Positions 9,879 through 18,531 of a DNA stretch of 64,000 nucleotides are shown in pieces. The stretch lies in contig CAVRRE010000008.1 in the NCBI GenBank assembly GCA_963723535.1, forward strand, positions 49,047 to 113,046, written 5' to 3'. Position 1 is the first letter of the stretch, and each line of letters starts with the position of its first letter. The notes under the pieces were generated by a model. The model searched no databases. It was not told the DNA's origin and was given only the letters and a program-made list of their open reading frames with translations. The stretch is from an uncultured Acidobacteriota bacterium. GTDB lineage: Bacteria; Acidobacteriota; Thermoanaerobaculia; UBA5066; Gp7-AA6. A program made the translations under genes and the position numbers.

Positions 9879-11062
9879 AGCGGGCGTGGGCCGACGCCGC
9901 GCGGACCGAGGAAGTGCGCGCGGCCGCCCGCGGCTGGGCGCACGCGAAAGCCATCGACCCGCCGACGCTTTCCGCGATCGAGTCGGCGTACCCCGAGACC
10001 CGTATCACGCTGCACCCCGTCTGGCGCGTGCTCATCTTCCTTCTCGGCTGCGTGGCTCTCGGCGCGCTCTTCGGGGGCGTGTTTTACACGCTCCGCAGCA
10101 TCGAGAGCATTCGCTGGGCGACGGCCGTCTCCGCCGCGGTGCTCGTCGGCGTGACCGAGGCCCTTCGCGGGTCCCGGATATCCGGCACAGGAGCCGACGC
10201 CGCCACGTCGTTCGTCGGCCTTTCTTTCCTCCTGACCTCCGTGGTTCTGTTTCTCACCGTCGAGAGCGGGCCGTCCTGGACGACTCTTCTGGCGTTCGCC
10301 ACGGCCGCCGGAGCGCTCGCGGCGTGGCGCTGGGGCTTCTGGTTCTACGCGATGGCCGGAGCGGCGTGCGGATTCGTCCTGGTCGGCCGCATGCCGTACG
10401 CGCGCCTCACGTGGATCGTCCTTTCCGTGCTGCTCATGGCGCTCATCCACCCGCGCCTCGATCGAGCCGCGATCGCGCCGCCCCACCGCCGTTCGCTCGC
10501 AGCCGTCTTCGTGGTCTCGGCGGCGGCGCTCTACATGGCCGTGAACCTCTTCGCTCTGGATCACCAGTTCGTCGAGTGGATCCGTTTCGAGCGGATCCGC
10601 GCGGAACAGTTCGCAGGCCGGCCGGCGATTCTTCCCGCTGCGGCGAGCCTGCGGATCGCCGCGGCGCTCGCCACGGCCGCGTTCCCCGTAGCGTTCCTCC
10701 TCCGGGGGATCCGCACGCGGCGGCGCCTCCTGATCGGCATCGGCCTCGCGTCGGCAGTCCTGTCGGCCGCGACGTTCCGCTACTACTTTCCGATCGGTCC
10801 GCGCTGGGCCTGGCTCACCGCCTGCGGCGCGGTTCTCGTCGGGGCCGCCATGTGGGCCCATCGGCGGCTGCGCGACGCGGCCGGCGGGACCTGGCGCGGC
10901 CTCACCGCCTCGCCGCTCTACGCCGGGGACGAAGCGGGGATCTCTCCCCTCGGCGCCCTCGGCGCCCACGTCGCCGTTCCGACGGCGCCGGAGCCCGAGC
11001 GACCGGGTTTCACCGGCGGCGGCGGCGAGTACGGCGGCGGCGGCGCCTCCGGGCAGTACTGA
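9875..11062 (+). CDS. multi-pass membrane protein with Gly-rich C-terminal tail, unknown function
   Basis: GTG 9875 overlaps the previous stop (GTGA). About 9 hydrophobic segments. The tail is ..FTGGGGEYGGGGASGQY*. No motif I can name. Confidence 0.5.
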   Translation: MKRAWADAARTEEVRAAARGWAHAKAIDPPTLSAIESAYPETRITLHPVWRVLIFLLGCVALGALFGGVFYTLRSIESIRWATAVSAAVLVGVTEALRGSRISGTGADAATSFVGLSFLLTSVVLFLTVESGPSWTTLLAFATAAGALAAWRWGFWFYAMAGAACGFVLVGRMPYARLTWIVLSVLLMALIHPRLDRAAIAPPHRRSLAAVFVVSAAALYMAVNLFALDHQFVEWIRFERIRAEQFAGRPAILPAAASLRIAAALATAAFPVAFLLRGIRTRRRLLIGIGLASAVLSAATFRYYFPIGPRWAWLTACGAVLVGAAMWAHRRLRDAAGGTWRGLTASPLYAGDEAGISPLGALGAHVAVPTAPEPERPGFTGGGGEYGGGGASGQY

Positions 11063-12582
11063 CTACTTGCCGGCCTTCAGGAGCTCGATGCCGCCGTTGG
11101 AGTTGGCGAGCGTCAGCGGGCACTGCCCGTCGCCGATGCGGCCGTTCAGGAGCTCGGTCGACGAGCGAGCCCGCGATCGTCAGGGGCAGCTCCGACTTGA
11201 TCTTTCCGAACGACGTCCGCGCGTCGACGGTGTAGCCCGAGCTCTCGGGCAGCCGGACCACGATCCCGCCGAAGGACGTCTCGAGGGAGATCGGCGCGCA
11301 GGCCTTCGACGGCGCGGCCTGGACCTCGATCGAGCCGTTGGAGTTGTCGACCTCGATCTTGCCGCCGACGTCGTTCAGCCAGACCGGTCCGAACGAGGTC
11401 CGCACGGTGGCCGCGCCCTTGATGACGGAGCCCTTGACGGCGCCGTTGGAGTTCTCGACGGTCAAATCGCCCCCGATCCGCTCGGCCTCGGCCGCGCCGA
11501 AGCTCGATTTCAGAAACGCCGTCCCTTCGATGTCCGATGGCCGAAACGGCCGCGTTCTGCGCCACGATCTTGACGCCCTTCTTGACCTTCGACGCGGATA
11601 CCTTGGCGAACGAGCCCCGCAGATCCGCCGCGCCCTCGATGCCGGACACGGAGATCGCGCCGTTCGAGCACGTCACCGTGGCGTCGCCGCCGATCGACGA
11701 GAGCAGGACGTTGCCGAAGGAGGAACGCACGGTCACGGGCCCTTTGACGCCCTCGGCGTTGACCGAGCCGTTGCCGTTCTCGACCTCGAGCGAGGCCGCG
11801 AGGTTGCGGGCGTCCACGCTGCCGAACGAATTCGTCACGGATGCCGCGCCCTTGACGTCGGTGACGATGGCCGCGCCGTTCGAGCCGGAGACCGTCACCT
11901 TGCCCTGGATCCGCGAAGCGGTGACCTTGCCGAAGCGGTTGCGGATCTGAGCGTCGCCGATCACGTCCGCGACGGAGACGTTGCCGTTCGCGCCGCTGAC
12001 GTCGACTGCGCCCGTGTTGCCCGTCAGCTCGATCGCGCCGAACGAGTTCTCGAGGCGCTGCGCGCCCTTGCCGTTGCGAAAGACGACCTTGCCGTTGGCG
12101 TTCGTGACGTTCCCGTTGGCCTTGAGGTTCTCGACCGAGATGTCGCCGAACTTGTTCCGTGCGGAGAGGGGCATCGTCTCCGGCATCAGGATGTCGAAGT
12201 CCACGGAGTAGGACACGAAGCCCTTGTCCGAGAAGTGCCACTTCTTCTCGGGGTACCTGGTCCGCACGACGATCGCGCCTTCGCTCTCCTCGACCGTGAT
12301 CGCGATCCCCTCGCCGAAGGGCTTCGCCTCGCCCGTTGCCGACGTCGAGACCTCGACGCGGGCGCGGATCCGGACCTCGGGAGCCGAGTGCGTCGTGATC
12401 CGCAGCGCGCCCTGGCTGTGATCGACGTCCAGGCGCTGGCCCGGCTTGACCGGGACGTTCTTGAAGAAATCGCGCTGGTAGTCGTCGCGCGCCTCGCGGC
12501 TCTCGCCGGCGAGGGAAGGAGCCGCGGCGAACGCGAGCAGGAAAAACGCCGCCAGAGCGGCCCGACGGGACGGACGGTTCAT
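11063..12582 (-). CDS. DUF4097 (LiaG/YvlB-like beta-helical 'putative adhesin') protein; two frame changes (~11535, ~11155)
   Basis: Signal peptide, then many NSFG../NGN(V/I)..(V/A)..G strand repeats. The repeats continue in two other frames, ending ..ELLNGRIGDGQCPLTLANSNGGIELLKAGK*. Confidence 0.7.
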
Positions 12583-13238
12583 GACTTGACCTCTTTCATC
12601 AGCTCCTGCAGCGTTTTCTGCTTCTCGCGGTAGACCGTGAGGAGCTCCCGCCGCAGGTGTGTGTTGTACCGGTTCTGCTCGATCGAGGACCGGAGGTCCG
12701 CGATCGCGGAATCGAGGACCGCGAGCCTTTCGCGGTAGTTGAGAGCGACGGGAGAGGACGCGGCCACCAGGCGCGGCTCGGCGAGGCGCGAGAGCTTCTC
12801 GATCGAGTCGACGTAGCTCTTCTCGGCCTCCTCCACTTCGTCGGCCGCCGTGTCCGCGAGGATCGGGTCCTTCGTCGTCTGCCAGTGGGCGACGAGCGGG
12901 TCACGGCCGCCGCTGTTGCGAAAGACCAGCAGGCCCGCCGCGGCCACCCCGAAGAGGGCGGCCATCGCCGCCGCCGGCAGGAACCGGACCCACGCCCTCG
13001 GCGCTCGCCGCGCGGCCGGCTTCTGCGACTCCTCGGCCAGCCGCTGGCGGATCGCCGGCCAGAGCTCGGGCGAGTCCCACGACTTCCGAAGCGACGGCGC
13101 GGCCTCGGCGATCCGCCTCCAGCCGGCGAGCTCCGGAGCACAGGTCTTGCAACTCTGCGCGTGCGCCTCGAACGCGACCAGCAGCTCGGGGTCGCCTCCG
13201 GAGAGGGCGCGCTCGAGGTCGGCGCAGGACGCTTTCAC
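12579..13238 (-). CDS. anti-sigma factor (zf-HC2 type, single TM)
   Basis: N-terminal H-x3-C-x2-C (EAHAQSCKTCAPEL), one TM segment, and start/stop overlaps with both neighbours. Confidence 0.7.
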   Translation of the reverse strand: MKASCADLERALSGGDPELLVAFEAHAQSCKTCAPELAGWRRIAEAAPSLRKSWDSPELWPAIRQRLAEESQKPAARRAPRAWVRFLPAAAMAALFGVAAAGLLVFRNSGGRDPLVAHWQTTKDPILADTAADEVEEAEKSYVDSIEKLSRLAEPRLVAASSPVALNYRERLAVLDSAIADLRSSIEQNRYNTHLRRELLTVYREKQKTLQELMKEVKS

Positions 13239-13804
13239 GAGGCCCCCGGTGGAGAAAACGCTCCGGAGGAATCGAGCGCCTTCTGGAGATGCCGCCGGGC
13301 GCGGAAGAGAAGAGCGCGCGACGCTCCCTCTCCGACGTCGAGGATCTCGCCCGCTTCGCGGTGAGAGAAACCCTCGACCTCGCAGAGGAGAAACGCCGCG
13401 CGCTCGCGCGGCTCGAGACCAGAGAGCGCCTTCTCGATGGAGAGGCGCAGGGGATGATCCCGCGAGCCCGCGGGCGCGGCGGCCAGAGAGTCCGGCATCG
13501 GCCCTTCGGCGCGCCGCCGGCTCTGGCGCAGGAGGTCGTAGCAGGTATTCAGCAGGATGCGGTAGAGCCAGGTCGATACGCTCGCGCCGCCGCGGAAGCG
13601 CGCCGCGCCCCTGTAGGCCTTGAGCATCGCCTCCTGGACGGCGTCCTCGGCGTCGGCCCGGTTGCCCAGGATGTTCGCCGCGATGGATTTCATCCTTTCT
13701 CCGTGATCGGCGAAGAGCCTCTCGAAGGCCGGAAGGCTGCCTGCCTGGAGGCCCTGGAAAAGCTCTGCTTCGCCGGGGCGGGCTTCGGTGCCTGACAGGT
13801 CCAA
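13235..13804 (-). CDS. ECF-type RNA polymerase sigma-70 factor
   Basis: Region 2 (..DAEDAVQEAMLKAY..STWLYRILLN..) and region 4 HTH (..ERAAFLLCEVEGFSHREAGEIL..) motifs. Confidence 0.85.
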   Translation of the reverse strand: MDLSGTEARPGEAELFQGLQAGSLPAFERLFADHGERMKSIAANILGNRADAEDAVQEAMLKAYRGAARFRGGASVSTWLYRILLNTCYDLLRQSRRRAEGPMPDSLAAAPAGSRDHPLRLSIEKALSGLEPRERAAFLLCEVEGFSHREAGEILDVGEGASRALLFRARRHLQKALDSSGAFSPPGAS

Positions 13805-13913
13805 CTCCTTTGCCGTCTGTGTGATGGGGACGAGCGATTCCAGCCTACACCTGCCTCCCGAAACGTCTGAAGATCCATTCCCGGACCCTTAGACGTCGGG
13901 GAGGGGTGTTTCG

Positions 13914-14409
13914 TTAGCGGCGGGCGGCTTCTTCTTCTTCGTTCAGGAAGACGACGAAGGTCGCGCCCTCGACCGTGGAGATCGCGTAGTCCTCGGTCCC
14001 CGGCTCGGAACGGCAGTAGTCGCCGGCTCGGAGGAGCTGTCCGGAAAGCCACGCCGACCCTTCGAGAACGAAGATCTCCTCGAGGAAGTCGTGGCGATGG
14101 TCGGGGAATTTCGCGCCAGGCTCCATGCGGTAGAGGATGCGATCGCGCGCCGCGCTGCGGGTCGCGATGGATCTCCTTGTATCGCACGCCGGGCGCCGGG
14201 CCGTTCCTCCACTCCGAAGCCTCGGTCCGGACGACCGTGACGCCCGCGCGCGGCGACGTCGAGATCTGCGGCGCCGCTCCGACGGCCGCGAGGACGCGCG
14301 CGCGCAGGCTGTCCGGCGCCGCCTGGACAGCGGCCAGTCCGAACCGGGGGTCCAACGCTCCTTCGCTCCGGGCGTCCGCGGAGCGCGGGGTCTTCTTCTT
14401 GTCGGTCAC
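13914..14409 (-). CDS. cupin-domain protein (ChrR C-terminal-like), putative sigma partner; apparent frameshift near 14145
   Basis: The C-terminal MEPGAKFPDHRHDFLEEIFVLEG..GDYCRSEPG is a cupin motif. The N-terminal part, from GTG 14409 (GTGA overlap with the sigma stop), is in another frame. No zinc anti-sigma (HxxxCxxC) motif seen. Confidence 0.55.
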
Positions 14410-14999
14410 GACACGTTCTCCATCGACAGAACGGGGGCGAGCGCTTCCCGCAGCTTCATCATGCCCAGGCGGATCCGCGACTTCGTCGTCCCGATCGGTA
14501 GGCTCAGTTGCTCCGCGATCTCGACGTGCGTCAGGCCACCGTAATAGGCGAGCTCGAGCGCGAGACGCTGCTCGGCCGGCAGCTCGCTGAGCGCCCGGCG
14601 CACGATCGCGCCCTGCTGCGCGATCCACGAAACCTCCCCGGGGCCCCGGGCGTCGTCGGCGACGTCCCGCTCCTCATCCAGAGCCGTTTCCGCCCGGCGC
14701 ACCGGCCCACGAGCGCGGAGCCTGTCGATGGCGCGCGAGCGCGCAAGGACGAGGAGCCAGGACAGCGCGGAGCCGCGGTTCGGGTCGTACCGGGCGGCGT
14801 CCCGCCAGACCTGGAGAAAAACGTCGAGCGCGACCTCTTCCGCTTCGGCGGGATTCCGCAGGATCCGCAAGGCGAGCCCGTACACGGCGGCGCTCGTCGC
14901 GTCGTAGAGCCGCGCGAAGGCATCCTGGTCGCCGGCCGCGGCTCCGGCGAGCAGCGCCTTCAGGTCGGGCGCAACGAGCGGACCTTCCGCCGTGACCAT
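14406..14999 (-). CDS. ECF-type RNA polymerase sigma-70 factor
   Basis: ..DQDAFARLYDATSAAVYGLALRIL..AEEVALDVFLQVW.. and a region 4 HTH (..QRLALELAYYGGLTHVEIAEQL..). ATG 14999 gives a typical length of ~197 aa. Confidence 0.85.
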   Translation of the reverse strand: MVTAEGPLVAPDLKALLAGAAAGDQDAFARLYDATSAAVYGLALRILRNPAEAEEVALDVFLQVWRDAARYDPNRGSALSWLLVLARSRAIDRLRARGPVRRAETALDEERDVADDARGPGEVSWIAQQGAIVRRALSELPAEQRLALELAYYGGLTHVEIAEQLSLPIGTTKSRIRLGMMKLREALAPVLSMENVS

Positions 15000-15202
15000 C
15001 ACGGCCGGATCTCCTTCGGAGACCGCGGTCCGTTTCCGGCCAGCGGCCACCCGAAACGGTCGGACGTTGTCATCCAGCTCCCGAGCCAAGGCTATGGTCC
15101 TCCGGCAAATCCTGTCAATCCGCCCCGGATAGATTCCTACGAGGAAAGAGAGTCTGCGGATCACTCCGGGATAGGCTCGGCCCATTCCGGCAGGAGGTCT
15201 TC

Positions 15203-15707
15203 ATGCGCCGACTCGCCGTCCTCGCCGCGGTCGCGGCGGTCCTCTGCAGCGCCGTCGCGTCCGCCCAGAAAGCCGTGCTGGTCGTCCGCCACGGCGAAAA
15301 GATCTCCGAAGAGGACGAGCGACTCACGGAGGCCGGGCGCGCCCGCGCCGGCCGTCTGACCGAGATGCTCAAGAACTCGGAGATCGCGGCGATCTACTCG
15401 ACCGACACCGAGCGGACGATCGGCACGGCGCAGCCGCTGGCCGACGCCCTCGGCCTGAAGATTCGGATCTACGAGGTGAAGCCCGGCGAAGGGCAACGCT
15501 TCGACTTCACGCCGTTCGTCGAGCGCCTGCACGCCGAGGTCCCGATGGCGTCGTCCTCATCGTCGGCCACAGCAACTCCGTTCCCCCGATACTCCGCGCT
15601 CTCGGCTGCGCGGAAGACGTGACGATCGCCTCCGACGAGTACGACAATCTGTTCGTCGTCGTCCCGACACCGGGCGCGAACCCGCACTCGTCCGGCTGCG
15701 GTACTGA
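15203..15707 (+). CDS. secreted histidine phosphatase (PGAM/SixA superfamily); two frame changes at C-runs (~15540, ~15683)
   Basis: Signal peptide, RHG motif (LVVRHGEK), and later VLIVGHSNSVPPIL in the -1 frame. The reconstructed end ..NPALVRLRY* has its stop at 15705-15707. Confidence 0.7.
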
Positions 15708-15715
15708 CCCCGACT

Positions 15716-15756
15716 TTCTTAGAGTTTCTTCAACTGTTCTTAGAGTTTCTTCAACT
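15716..15756 (+). repeat. AT-rich tandem direct repeat, 2 x 20 nt with 21-nt period (TTCTTAGAGTTTCTTCAACT)
   Basis: Read directly. Copies at 15716-15735 and 15737-15756 are identical and lie ~80 nt upstream of the DUF4394 gene start. Confidence 0.8.
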
Positions 15757-15833
15757 ATCAATCCGGCCCTCTCGTTTCCGCGTACACCACGCGTCTCGCC
15801 TCGGCTCATCGCCGGGTCCGAAAAGGAGGGCTC

Positions 15834-17366
15834 ATGCTTTCGAAGAACTGGAAACGATCGGTGGGATTCGCCCTGGCCGCGCTCGCCGCGGCGGCGGCGG
15901 GTTCGGGTGAGATTCTGACGGCGGTGGGCGACGGAAACGTCCTGTTGACGTTCGACCATGCCGCACCGGGAACGACTCTGTCTTCGCAGCCGATCACCGG
16001 ACTCGAGACGGGCGAACAGATTCTCGCGATCGACTTCCGGCCGGCCAGCGGCCAGCTCTACGCGCTCGGAAGCACGAGCCGGGTCTACGTCGTCGATCCT
16101 TCGACGGGCGCGGCCTCCGCCGTCGGCGCCGGCCCCTTCACACCGGCCCTCGCGGGCGAAAGTTTCGGTCTCGACTTCAACCCGACCGTCGACCGCATCC
16201 GGCTGGTCAGCGACGCGGAGCAGAACCTCCGGCTCCACCCGGACACCGGCGTGGTCGCCGGCACCGACGCGCCGCTCGCCTACGCGTCCGGCGACGTCGC
16301 CGCGGGCGCCGATCCCTCGGTCACCGCCGTGGCCTACACGAACAGCGTCGCCGGGGCGACCTCGACGACGCTCTACGCGATCGACGCAGCTCGGGACACG
16401 CTCGTCCGCATCGGCTCGATCGGCGCCTCGCCGGTCTCGCCCAACACCGGGCAGCTCTTCACGGTCGGCGCGCTCGGCTCCGACGCGGGCGGCGCGACCG
16501 GCTTCGACATCTCGAGCGCCACCGGCGTCGCCTTCGCGGCCTTCTCCCCCGCCGGCGCGCCCGGGACCGGTCTCTACACGGTGGACCTTTCGACGGGGAC
16601 CTCGACCTTCGTCGGCGTGATCGCCGGAACGGTCGGCATCGGCGGCCTCGCGGCGGCGCAGGCGCCCGTGCTCTTCACGCTGCCCATCGTCGGGCGCGTC
16701 GAGGGACTGAACGGCACCCTCTTTCGGACGGACCTCGCCATCGTCAACGGCGCCTCGTTTCCGGCGACGGCCCGCCTGGATTTCTACGCTTCGTCGACCG
16801 CGGCCGGAGCCGGACCGACAGCCTCGAGCGACCTCACGTTCGCGCCGGGCGAGCAGAAGTCCTATCCGGATCTCGTTGGCGGTCTCTTCGCGACGCCGTC
16901 CTCGACGGGTGCCCTGCGGATCACCGCGTCCCGGCCGCTCGGCATCGTGGCCTACGTTTACAACGACCAGCGCGGCGCCGGACAGGGGACCAACGGAACT
17001 CTCCTGAGAGGCTTCGAGGAGAGCGACCGCCGGACAGCGGGCATCCTTCCGAAGATCGAGAACGCTTTCGGCACGGCGGGAGCGGACTTCCGCGCCAACC
17101 TCGGTTTCTTCAACCCGGGAACCGCCGACGTCTCCGTCACGCTCACGGCCTACGACGCTTCGGGAGCGAGCCTCGCCACAGCCGACCGACTCGTGCCGGC
17201 GCGGAGCCACCAGCAGGTCGCGCTGACGGAGGTCTTCCCCGGCCTCGGCACGGTGTCGAACGCCTCCATCCGATTCACGACGACCGGCGGCTCACTCTTC
17301 GTCTACTCGGCGGCCGTCGACAACACGACCGGCGACTCGAGCGTCACAGCCGCGATCCGCAACTGA
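15834..17366 (+). CDS. secreted DUF4394-domain protein with uncharacterised C-terminal beta-rich module
   Basis: Signal peptide, then ..GEQILAIDFRPASGQLYALGSTSRVYVVDPSTGAA.. repeats typical of DUF4394. The C-terminal ~230 aa (LPIVGRVEGLNGTLFRTDLAIVN...FVYSAAVDNTTGDSSV) recurs elsewhere in the window. Confidence 0.75.
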   Translation: MLSKNWKRSVGFALAALAAAAAGSGEILTAVGDGNVLLTFDHAAPGTTLSSQPITGLETGEQILAIDFRPASGQLYALGSTSRVYVVDPSTGAASAVGAGPFTPALAGESFGLDFNPTVDRIRLVSDAEQNLRLHPDTGVVAGTDAPLAYASGDVAAGADPSVTAVAYTNSVAGATSTTLYAIDAARDTLVRIGSIGASPVSPNTGQLFTVGALGSDAGGATGFDISSATGVAFAAFSPAGAPGTGLYTVDLSTGTSTFVGVIAGTVGIGGLAAAQAPVLFTLPIVGRVEGLNGTLFRTDLAIVNGASFPATARLDFYASSTAAGAGPTASSDLTFAPGEQKSYPDLVGGLFATPSSTGALRITASRPLGIVAYVYNDQRGAGQGTNGTLLRGFEESDRRTAGILPKIENAFGTAGADFRANLGFFNPGTADVSVTLTAYDASGASLATADRLVPARSHQQVALTEVFPGLGTVSNASIRFTTTGGSLFVYSAAVDNTTGDSSVTAAIRN

Positions 17367-17440
17367 ACCGGGCGGGGACACGCCCCGCCCCACGACTGAG
17401 CGGGTAAGGCGCGAGGCGCGCCACCCCGAAAGGAGGCCTT

Positions 17441-17842
17441 GTGAGAAAGCGAGATTGGAGATGGAAGGCACGCTTCTTGAGTTCCGGCTTCGGCGCGCTG
17501 GTCGCGGCGGCGTCCGCCGGCGAGATCCTGACGGTCGTCGGGGACGGAAACGTCCTGCTGGCCTTCGATAACGCAGGGGAGGGGGCAACGTTCTCTTCGC
17601 AGGGCGTCACGGGCCTGCAACCGGGAGAGCAGATCCTGGCGATCGACTTCCGGCCTTCGAGCGGCCAGCTCTTCGCGCTCGGCAGCTCGAGCCGGACATA
17701 CGTGGTCGATCCGGTCACGGGCGCAGCGGCGACGGTGGGTCGCGCCTTCACGCCGGCCTTGGCCGGCTGGCAGTTCGTCTACTCGGCGGCCGTGGACAAA
17801 ACGACCAGCGACTCGAGCGTCACCGCCGCGATCCGCATCTGA
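17441..17842 (+). CDS. truncated paralog of the DUF4394 protein (N-terminal ~105 aa fused in frame to the last ~27 aa)
   Basis: The 133-aa ORF aligns by eye with 15834..17366 up to ..FTPALAG. It then jumps to ..FVYSAAVDKTTSDSSVTAAIRI*. It has its own AAAGGAGG RBS. Confidence 0.6.
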   Translation: MRKRDWRWKARFLSSGFGALVAAASAGEILTVVGDGNVLLAFDNAGEGATFSSQGVTGLQPGEQILAIDFRPSSGQLFALGSSSRTYVVDPVTGAAATVGRAFTPALAGWQFVYSAAVDKTTSDSSVTAAIRI

Positions 17843-17851
17843 AGGCGGCTC

Positions 17852-18523
17852 TCATTCCCCTCTCCCTCTTCGGGGGGAGAGGGGCTTCCCTTCGCCGGGG
17901 CCCGAAAACAGCATGTAACTGCCGACGTCGGCACGGGGATAGGTCGGTTCGATTCGTCTCGGGAAGCTCAGGATCGGCGACCACGGGTGCATCCAGGCCG
18001 TGTACGTGTCGACGGCGCGCCCGACCGTGATTCCGGCGCCTTCGGTCGCGAGGTCGCCGTCCACGAAGGTTGCGTCCGTCTCTTCGACGAGAAGAATGGC
18101 GCCCGCGCTGATGCGCTTCAGCTCTCCGATGACCGCCTGTGCCTCCGCATCCCTCATGTGCTGAAGGACCGTGAACGTCATCGCGAAATCGAACGCGGAC
18201 GATTCCGCGGGAAGGCGGGCCAGCGAGGGCGCCTCTCGAAAACCGATGGCCGGCATCAGGGCGCGCGCCTGTCGCAGAAGATCGGGTTCCCGCTCGAATC
18301 CGACCACTTCGGCCGCGAACTCCGAAAGCACCATCGTCAGCCGCCCGTAGCCGCAGCCCACGTCCGCCGCGGCGCGCAGCGGCTGTCGTTGCGACGCGGC
18401 GCGAAGGCAGAGGCGCAGATCCTGCTGTTCGAGATAGTTCCGCAGCAGCGCGGCGGGGCCGGAGACGTCGCTGACTTCCGCCGTCGTCCAGCGATGGGGT
18501 GGGGACGCCGGCGCCATCGTCAT
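17852..18523 (-). CDS. class I SAM-dependent methyltransferase
   Basis: Motif I (AADVGCGYGRLT) and post-I/II segments (..FDFAMTFTVLQHM..). ATG at 18523. Confidence 0.75.
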   Translation of the reverse strand: MTMAPASPPHRWTTAEVSDVSGPAALLRNYLEQQDLRLCLRAASQRQPLRAAADVGCGYGRLTMVLSEFAAEVVGFEREPDLLRQARALMPAIGFREAPSLARLPAESSAFDFAMTFTVLQHMRDAEAQAVIGELKRISAGAILLVEETDATFVDGDLATEGAGITVGRAVDTYTAWMHPWSPILSFPRRIEPTYPRADVGSYMLFSGPGEGKPLSPRRGRGE

Positions 18524-18531
18524 GGGCTCCC

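Noticed and set aside
15716-15756. Possible CRISPR array or other long tandem array
   Set aside because: There are only two adjacent copies with a 1-nt gap, no spacers, and no cas genes in the window.
15507-17210. 567-aa minus-strand ORF
   Set aside because: It is antisense to the DUF4394 gene with low-complexity Arg/Gly/Glu composition. It is a GC shadow ORF.
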